The translations under genes and the position numbers were made by a program. A stretch of DNA of 11,121 nt from an uncultured archaeon (lineage in GTDB: Archaea > Iainarchaeota > Iainarchaeia > Iainarchaeales > CSSED10-239), in contig CAYXAY010000024.1 of the NCBI GenBank assembly GCA_964463155.1, positions 1 through 11,121 on the forward strand. Reading direction: 5' to 3'. The notes under the pieces are model-generated. The model searched no databases, was not told the origin of the DNA, and worked only from the letters and a program-made list of their open reading frames with translations. This document shows, one piece after another, positions 1 through 7,132 of this stretch; the first letter of the stretch is position 1, and the number at the start of each line of letters is the position of its first letter.

Positions 1-3000
1 TTTAGTATTCTTTTATCAACAGTTACTTTTTGGCCAGGACGTATTGTATATGTGCCATCTACATTTTGACTGCTACTTGTATTTAATGTACCGTTTGCAG
101 AAACCTTTATCACACCTGATACCGTCCCGTTAATAGTTAATGTAACAACCTCGTCAAAAATTATTACTTTACCATTTGTAATGGTTATATCTGCAGTTTT
201 ATCACCACTATTTAATATTATTGTTCCACTTAATTTTTTTGTCTCTAAATCCATATCTAGATCACCGCTAATAACATTTACTGCTAAATTATTAACTGTA
301 AAAGTTCCGTTAGTAATTATTAATTTCGCAGTGGTTGCTGTAGGTGTAGGTGCGGGGGTTTGTGTAGTAGTTTGCGTGGGATTTCCAGATGATCGTTTTG
401 TATTTGTTGTGCTCGTCATTGTATTTTGAGGATTGTACCATAGCAAAAAGCGTCCTGCGTTAAAATCAAAGCACATTGTTTCGGTGGTTATTCCTGTTAT
501 CATATTTTGAACAGTGCTGGTTTCTTCTGGCTTGTATTTGCTTATACCAACTAGGCTATATGGTATTCCATAAATATACTGGTAACTTCCTACTGCAGCT
601 AATTGTTGTGGATCAACATTGAAACTGAAATCAGATGACGAGGATACCTTTAATTGATAATTTATTCCTCTAGCCGTTTGTTTTAGATTATTGAATACAA
701 ACAATGTGTCCTTTCGTTGTGTGCTGTCTACTGATTTGTATTTTCCCAGCAGAACATATTCTATTAAATAATCTGAATTTGCAAGAACTTGTATTGGTCT
801 TATGTCTTTAAAGGTTATGTTCTTGTGGTTAGATGGGACAGATAGTATGTATCCATCTTGAACCTCATTATACTGGTCGTAATTGCTTAGTACAGTAGTA
901 GTTTTTTTCTGTATACCCAAACTGTCTGTTATATCGCTGAAAGGTACTCCGTCATATCGGTAATAATAAGCGTTTGTTGGGTTTGTAAAGAATATATTTT
1001 TCTGGAAATCTGAATTGTTGTTATAGTAATCCAAATGCTTATTTAAGTCATCTGACACTCTCTGAACAGTATATTCCATTTTTTTGTCGCGGGCCGAGTT
1101 TTGGGAGGAAGGTGGAAGTATAATATTTACACGATATGTCCCTGGAGCGGAAATTGCTTTTATTGGAGAGGAATTATTTAAATCTATTCTCCAACCATCG
1201 TTCATGAACCCCTCTGCTGTAAAGATTTTAGGTGTTAGTCCGGTAGCATTTAAATCTCCATAGGTCTTTGCATTAATAATGAATGGAGAGATTGTGTCTC
1301 CGTAATAGATTTGCATAGTGTTTAGGAATTGGGTTAAAAATTCTAATATTGTTGCTTGATTACCTTCTGATGTTGTTGAATCGTTTATCATTTGTTCTAA
1401 CCCGCGACTTCTTAAGAAAGAATCAACAGTGAATTGATAATTATTTTTATCTTTATTAAAGTTGTTATCGCTTGTATGCGTGATTAATGTTGTGATGTTG
1501 TTGTCGTTAAGATTTTCTTTTGGCAAGATTTTGACTTCAATTATTGTAAATTTTTTTAATTCTGAAGGAACTGTTCCTAATATTTTCTCTAATGATGATA
1601 ATTGTTCTACAGAATTTTTATCTGTAAATTCTTCGTTAGAAACAGCGGTTTCAATTATTGCTTTGTATACAGGGTTTGTTGTCATTGGACTTTTTGCAAC
1701 CTTGTTTCCGTCAGCTAAGAAATTTATTCCATCAAGTTTTATTATTGTATTTTGTTTAAAAAATACTGCTTTCTTTGACATTGCTATTCTTAATTGGTCT
1801 TGGTCACAATATACTACACCATAATCGCAGGTATTGTGATTGATTTCACTGGCATTATATATAAATAGTAATCTGTTAAATCCGTATTTATTATAATTTG
1901 CTTTCCCTGTAACACCTTTTTTTGCTTGGCCTTTTGGATCATAACATTCACCAGAATCAATTTGTGGACTTGTTGAAAGATAGGCAGAGAACGCTTGTTC
2001 TGTCTCTTCTTTTTTGTCTAGTCGGTCATCTTTTATTTTTGGTTGAGTTTGGTCAGGGTCTGGTTTCGGTGGAATTTGGTCAGGGCCTGGTTTCGGTGGA
2101 ATTTGTCCAGACAATGTTGGACTTGTGTCTTTCATCTCACCTAAATTACCTAACCATTGTAGGTTGTCCGTAAATGTTATTTCTTCTTCTATTTCACTAT
2201 AGTTTAATCTTGGTGATGAATACCCAACAGCAAGCATTGCTTTCAAGTTGATTGTATTTCCTAAATCAAAATAACCCTTTCTTATATTTGTTGCAATCTT
2301 TGCTACACTTTCGTTAGTGTCTATCTGGAATGCTTTTTCATTAATCTCTGGGTTTCTTCTTACAGAAATTGTCATTATCTCTGTTGTCTTTCCATCAATT
2401 ACCCTGTATGTTTTCTTTGGCTTTAATTCTTTGTTTACATCTCCTATTGAGAAATATTGTATTCCGCCAACCTCTGACATCTCTGGGTTTAGTACTTTTA
2501 AGTCTATTAAAGCGTAACCTGCATCATAACAGGTGTTAATTACCATTAATTTCTGTGGAGTTGTGTCTATTCCAGAGAAATCAAATGTTGTTGGTGATAC
2601 TTTTATACAACTGCTTGGAAGGATGTCAAGTGGTCTGTTTACTGTAACTGGTATGTCTTTAACATAAGTGTATTCTTCTATTGTGTCGTCGTTTGGTTTT
2701 GCGTTTACTGCGATCTTATATTGTCCAAGAATTTGTGCACCTTGAACTTCTAGCATTTGTGTTTGTCCTCTCTTTAATGTCATCTCCGCATTATTAACAA
2801 CAGTAACTCCTGCAACAGAAGTAAACTCCAATGCAAGTTCTTCATGACAATTATTTCTTACTTGTATCTGTGCTGTGTGACAACCGAATTGTCCTTGACT
2901 TCCAAAGCCCACTCCATGATAACCTGGTGGCGGGTTTTCTGTAAAGTTATTAAATGGATAACTTTGTTGATAATTTCCAAAGGTGTTTGGATAAGCAAAC

Positions 3001-4580
3001 AATCCGCTTTGGTAGTATGCTTGTGGAGCCCTTCCACCATATTGATAAGGATTTTGCCCAAATATTAATGGGTTAAATGCCATGGTGTTTGAACCATACA
3101 TTCCATAACCGTATGCTGCACAGTATGGTACAACAATTGGTGTTGTTGGTGTTTCTATACAGCTTACATAATTATTAAATATTAGTCTTGGCTTATGCTG
3201 TGACCTTATCTCATCAATGCCGTTTGTGTTTGGTCTGTTACTTGTAAATGTTAATATTGGTGTTGATACTCCCCCCTTTACTGTGTTACTTGTTTTGAAA
3301 ACAAGCCTTATGTCTGCAGACTTTCCTGCAACAATCTTGTTTGTGACATCAACCTTTTCATCAAGTGTTAGTTTCTTTTCTTGTCCTGAAACAACAACAT
3401 AGAAATTTCCAAGTTTCTTTGTGTTCTTGTAGTCTGCTTCAACATATATTCTCCCAAGATCTACAGGGATATTGTCAACAGCACATGTGTTTTTTAGTTT
3501 TACTATATATTCAACATCATTTGTTGATTCTAATCTTATAGTGGTTTCTTCTGGATCAACAACTAGACAATCTGTGCTGTCAATAGCGTTACCAAATGTT
3601 ATTCTTATTGTTAATGGAATCTCAATTACCCAAGTCTTTGCAAGAGTTGCCTCATTTACTGTCACAAGAAGATTTGTCTTTAGCATCTTTTGTGTCATCA
3701 AATCTATGCCATTTTCTGTTAGCTTTGTTGTTAACTCTATTCCTATTTGAGAATTTGGGTCTATTATTATTCCAGAAGAATTACTTGTCAATCTTACATA
3801 TTCAGAGCTTGTGGCTAGTTTTATGCCTGTTATTGTTAATGGTAGCATTGTGTTGTTCATCAAGACCATGTTTGTTTTGTCAGAATAACCTTTTGAAATA
3901 TCCAATTGGATTTCTAGTTTTTCCGGAATTGCTGAAATTAGAGTCTCTGAAACAACAATCTTTGTTGTGTGTGTTCCAAATCCTTGCTTTCTCACAGTTA
4001 TTTCAACCGCACTGCTTGCGTTTGTTGCTGGAAGTATAAATGCAAATATTCCTTCTCTGTTTGTTTTGCCATCAACCACTGCTTTTCCATTTATTCTTAC
4101 AAACACCCCTGCATCAACTATTGAAAGGTTACTATCATCTGTAACTCCAACAGCAACCGTGTTAGGAACAAATGGAACTATTGTTTTTGGTACAATGTCA
4201 ACAACAAGTTTTTTGGATGGTTTTAAATTAAATAATATTTTCTTTGAAAAGATTACTTCTCCGTCTGACATTAATGTCATTGTCAGTTCATCACTAACAT
4301 CATTAGTCACACTTAAGTCTATGTCTCCTATTATTGTTCCGTTTGCTGAAACGCTTCCCAGATTTATGTTTGAAAAATCATTGTCTGTGATTGGGAAGTC
4401 TCCGCCAGGAGTTATTGTGTAATTATTAAGTTTTATTGTTCTTCCTGCAGTTGAGATAATCATTACTGCATCGTTTGCTGGTCTTTGTAGGTTTAATCTG
4501 AAATTAAATTTATAGTCTGTTCCGTCTTTTGCTGTGAACTTGTCAATCACTCTCTTTTCCTGACCGGTTGCCTTGTCCTT
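1..4580 (-). CDS. Giant surface protein, segment B: same reading frame continuing directly after the TGA (1,526 further codons, 3'-partial, runs off the window start)
   Basis: The same frame stays open from 4580 down to position 3, with no stop found on row-by-row hand translation. It reads RTRQPVREKRVIDKFTAKDGTDYKFNFRLNLQ.. and ends ..NVDGTYTIRPGQKVTVDKRIL at the window edge. It contains further beta-sandwich modules, paired cysteines, the low-complexity loop, the Pro-rich repeat and the Thr/Pro linker. It has no export signal of its own after the TGA; the first candidate starts are GTG 4548-4550 and ATG 4461-4463. It therefore makes sense only as a continuation of segment A. Confidence 0.8.
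327..422 (-). other. Thr/Pro-rich linker in the giant protein
   Basis: The translation is TMTSTTNTKRSSGNPTQTTTQTPAPTPTATTA. It separates a globular region (..CFDFNAGRFLLWYNPQN) from the terminal ..ITNG.. repeat region. This composition is typical of extended, often glycosylated, extracellular linkers. Confidence 0.7.
2044..2110 (-). repeat. 27-nt tandem repeat (about 2.5 copies) encoding a proline-rich 9-aa repeat hinge
   Basis: On the + strand, tgagtttggtcagggtctggtttcggt (2044-2070) and ggaatttggtcagggcctggtttcggt (2071-2097) share 24 of 27 positions. A partial third copy, ggaatttgtccag, follows at 2098-2110. On the minus strand this encodes Q-IPPKPGPD-Q-IPPKPDPD-Q-TQPKIKDD. The antisense track ORF 1922..2173 shows the same period (VEFGQGLVS repeated twice, then a partial third copy VEFVQ). 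Confidence 0.9.
2883..3119 (-). other. 79-residue Tyr/Gly/Gln/Asn/Phe/Pro low-complexity loop bracketed by two Cys codons (3120-3122 and 2880-2882)
   Basis: Hand translation gives C-AAYGYGMYGSNTMAFNPLIFGQNPYQYGGRAPQAYYQSGLFAYPNTFGNYQQSYPFNNFTENPPPGYHGVGFGSQGQFG-C. My counts are G 14, Y 11, F 8, Q 8, N 8 and P 8, together 57 of 79. The only ionisable residues are one R, one E and one H. Confidence 0.85.
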
Positions 4581-4583
4581 CAA
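4581..4583 (-). other. Single in-frame TGA (codon 797) inside the giant reading frame
   Basis: The + strand TCA at 4581-4583 is in frame. The mRNA context is GGT TCA TAT TGA AGG ACA AGG (..G S Y * R T R..). It is the only stop triplet among 2,323 in-frame codons in the window. Confidence 0.9.
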
Positions 4584-6971
4584 TATGAACCTATAACAAA
4601 TTCCGCTATCACAAGCAGTTGACTCGCCAACATAAATTGCAAGCATGTTTGCATAAGCATATAGCGATTGCTTTGTTGTTGAACCCATTCCTGTGCCTAA
4701 GACATTGTCTTGTGGGTTTCTTAGAACTGTTGTTCCGTGATAATACTCTGCTCTGTAAAAGATTGCCTGGTTTGCCATTGCTGTGTCTTTTACAACAATG
4801 TCTACATCAACGATATATGAACCTTCTATTGGGTTGTCAAGAATGACATTAAACCATTTTGCGTCTTTTTTTACAACTGACGCTAAGTCCTTTGACTCTC
4901 CTTGGCAAGGCGTGTAGTTGATTGAACCAACAACTTTGTTTCTTGCATAACTTATTTGTTTAATGTAAATTGAGTCTTCTGAAACTGTGTGCGTTTTGTT
5001 GTCACAACTGTCTCCTTCTCCTGTTCTTATATGAGCCACTACTTTTGAATATCTCTTGTCAACATTTAAAACAAATCTTGCTGTTGCTGATTGGCCGGCG
5101 ACAACGCTTGTAAGTATGTCTCCATTACTTGCAAAGTAACCGATGAATCTAATGTTTGCTGAGCGTGATGTTCCTGTTGGAATTATTATTCTGTCTTTAA
5201 GCATACTGCCTGCTTGAACAGAATATTGCTTTGTAATTACTTTTGTCCCTTCTTTTTCTATTAAGAAATATATTTTTTTATCAGCCCTTACTGGAATTAT
5301 AACAAGACCAGTTTCGTTTGTTGTTGTTTGCTTTTCAACCATTTCTATGTTGGTTGCTGAATCATATACTTTTATTGTTGCTTGAGAATATGGTACTCTA
5401 TCAGAATCAAGTATTGTTAGGTTATATGTTCCTTGGCCTATTGTTATTATTATTGGAACATCTGTTGCTTCTCTTTCCTTAACTACGAAATTATTTGTTC
5501 TACCAGAGAACTGACCAGTTATTGCTTCTGCAAAGTAGGTTGTACTTGGATCAAGGTTAGGGATTATTACTCTTCCACTAACATCTGTTGTTACAATCTT
5601 AACAACGCTGTTGTCTATAGCATCCCAAATCTTTACAGTGGCATACTCTATTGGTATCATCTCTCTGTCTGTTACGCTAATGTTTGCAAGACTGGTTGAT
5701 GTTGCATCTATGCTTATTAATTGTATATCTATTATGCTTGTTGAAATGCTTACTTGTCTGTTTGATAACAAGTATCCTGCTTTGTCTAATGATAATGAAT
5801 ATGAAACATTTTCTCGGACTCCAAACTTTACAGAACCTGTTGAGTCTGTTGTTTTTGTGTCAATTATTGCTCCGCCTTTTGAAAGCTTTGCGCTTACTCC
5901 TTCAAGGTGTCTTCCTGTTATCTTGTCTTTGACTTTTATTTCAATATAACCTATTATGTCTTTTTTTATTTTTAACTCTGTGCTGTTTAATCCTGTTTTT
6001 ATTAATACTGGTGTTACAAGGTTGTTTGCATAATCTAAATCAGTTATTCCAGAATAAACTGTTCGGGGATCAGAAACCAATATCTTGTATTGCTTTGATA
6101 CAATGACTAATTCTGAAATGAATATTCCGTTTGAGTTTGTTTGCCCGCTATCAACAATCTTTCCTGTGCTGTCATAGATTGTCACAGACAGGTTTGGGAT
6201 TGTTAGTAATGTGTCTTTGTCTTTTACTATTACTGACAATGTTGCAAAGTTGTTGCTTGCACTAAATATTATTTGTCCGATTGTGTCTGCTTGTGGGATG
6301 TTAACCTCAAAATCTGATCTTCCTTCAATGTTTGCTTGTAGACTTCCACAGTTTACTGGAATGTCGTTTAATGTGTATTCTCCGCCTGTTACTTTTACTG
6401 TCTTTCTGTAATCTGCAGTCATACAATAGAAATCAACTGTTAGTTCTGAGGTTACTGATTCTCCTGATCTTGTTTTAAATTGTATTGTTTTTGTTATTTT
6501 GTTTATTCCTTTCGCTAAATATATTAAGTAGTTTTTCTTAGAGCTTGGGTTAAGATTATATTGTTGTTTGTTTTGTGAAAATATATAGCTTTCATCAACT
6601 AACTTAAAAGTGTATAGTTGTGATTTGTCTAAATCTAAATACACATAACCCTCTTCATCTGTCATTAATGTTCTTGGTGTGTCGTTTAGTGTTACCCTAA
6701 GAACTATGTCTGATAATGGGTTGTTTGTTTCATCCATAAATCTTAGTTCTGTTCCTGATGGCTTTCCTGTAACTCCAAAGCCTGGAAGCATTAAGAAAAT
6801 TATTAATCCTATTATTGCAAACATTAATAGAATAAAAATTGGGAATGTAGGTATTCCGTTTTTCTCAAAAGGGTCAACTATCTTGTAGAAGTTAATTCCT
6901 TTTTCTTCAAGATTATCAAGCATTTCAAAATACTTGTCTTCTAGATTGTAGTAGAACTCTTTTAAACCCAT
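4581..6971 (-). CDS. Giant surface protein, segment A: complete standard-code ORF (796 aa, ATG 6971 to TGA 4581-4583); N-terminal signal anchor plus tandem beta-sandwich repeats. Not in the supplied ORF track
   Basis: I hand-translated the minus frame whose codons start at + coordinates divisible by 3. ATG lies at 6969-6971 and an in-frame TAA lies upstream at 7005-7007. No in-frame TTA, CTA or TCA triplet occurs on the + strand until TCA at 4581-4583. The product begins MGLKEFYYNLEDKYFEMLDNLEEKGINFYKIVDPFEKNG-IPTFPIFILLMFAIIGLIIFLMLPGF-GVTGKPSGTELRFMDETNNPLSDIVLRVTLNDTPRTLMTDEEGYVYLDL.. and ends ..STTKQSLYAYANMLAIYVGESLLVIAEFVIGSY*. Only short antisense ORFs cover this span in the track. Confidence 0.85.
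5170..6750 (-). other. Array of at least five tandem carboxypeptidase-regulatory-like (prealbumin/PEGA-like) beta-sandwich modules
   Basis: A recurring pattern runs [IV]x[IV]xD..(P)[IL]..[AV].[IV].[IL]...(4-10)..T[DNT]..G.[IVF].[IF]..[IL]......Y.[IL].[IVL]. Examples: LRVTLNDTPRTLMTDEEGYVYLDLDKSQLYTFKL; LSVTIYDSTGKIVDSGQTNSNGIFISELVIVSKQYKILV; IEIKVKDKITGRHLEGVSAKLSKGGAIIDTKTTDSTGSVKFGVRENVSYSLSLDKAGY; ATVKIWDAIDNSVVKIVTTDVSGRVIIPNLDPSTTYFAEA; ATIKVYDSATNIEMVEKQTTTNETGLVIIPVRADKKIYFLIEKEG. A sixth copy lies near 3975-4125 (VFVRINGKAVVDGKTNREGIFAFILPATNASSAVEITVRKQGF). The modules are divergent at nucleotide level. Confidence 0.6.
6777..6854 (-). other. Single transmembrane signal-anchor helix of the giant protein (residues 40-65)
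   Basis: The helix is IPTFPIFILLMFAIIGLIIFLMLPGF. It follows a 39-residue acidic, aromatic N-terminus (MGLKEFYYNLEDKYFEMLDNLEEKGINFYKIVDPFEKNG) and precedes polar beta-rich sequence. No signal-peptidase-like A-x-A site is evident. Confidence 0.7.
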
Positions 6972-7001
6972 TTTTGAAAACCTTTTTTTATTCTTTCTTT
7001 T

Positions 7002-7017
7002 TATTTAAATATTTAAA
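7002..7017 (-). promoter_or_regulatory. Candidate TATA-like promoter element for the giant gene (tandem TTTAAATA on the minus strand)
   Basis: The + strand carries tatttaaa twice in tandem (7002-7009 and 7010-7017), which reads TTTAAATA TTTAAATA on the minus strand, 31-46 nt upstream of ATG 6971. That would fit an archaeal TATA box with a very short leader. The spacer is so AT-rich that chance matches are likely. Only a weak AGGT lies at about -13..-10, and there is no GGAGG. Confidence 0.3.
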
Positions 7018-7132
7018 ATTTAAATATTATATATATTATTAATTTAAACATTTGTTTATAAATATTGCTTTTTTTATAAATATATAGTTAGTTAAAAAGG
7101 TTTATAAAATAATACTAATTAACCGGCATAAG

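Noticed and set aside
2858-3061. Minus-strand 67-aa track ORF
   Set aside because: It is out of frame with the giant reading frame, which I verified codon by codon across 2820-3182. It falls entirely inside the compositionally biased Tyr/Gly/Gln loop region, which keeps an alternative frame open by chance.
4548-4562. Independent re-initiation of the downstream part at GTG 4548-4550, preceded by an SD-like AGGGA (4558-4562, 7-nt spacer)
   Set aside because: The resulting protein (MIDKFTAKDGTDYKF..) would have no signal peptide or anchor, although it consists of extracellular-type, Cys-paired modules. The purine run is ordinary coding sequence (..Q/R-E-K-R-V..). A two-gene model is therefore less likely than one interrupted gene.
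4581-4583. Genome-wide TGA reassignment (code 4, TGA=Trp; code 25, TGA=Gly) as the explanation for the in-frame TGA
   Set aside because: This is the only in-frame TGA in roughly 3,600 codons across the three genes. Every Trp I translated is TGG (7 in the 572-aa protein and 6 in the giant protein). Glycines use GGN throughout. AT-rich recoded lineages use TGA frequently, so a single occurrence does not fit. It cannot be fully excluded without the rest of the genome.
4520-4583. Bacterial-type SECIS hairpin immediately 3' of the TGA (selenocysteine)
   Set aside because: The mRNA downstream (AGGACAAGGCAACCGGUCAGGGAAAAGAGAGUG) offers only a weak interrupted pairing (GAC..GG-CAA-CC..GUC). It has no extended stem or a suitably placed apical loop. 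An archaeal 3'-UTR SECIS would lie outside the window, so Sec stays in finding 2 as a low-probability option only.
4584-4640. Programmed -1 ribosomal frameshifting to bypass the TGA
   Set aside because: No X-XXY-YYZ slippery heptamer occurs near the point where the alternative frame becomes protein-like (mRNA ..ATT TAT GTT GGC GAG TCA CTG..). A second shift back would also be required within 63 nt.
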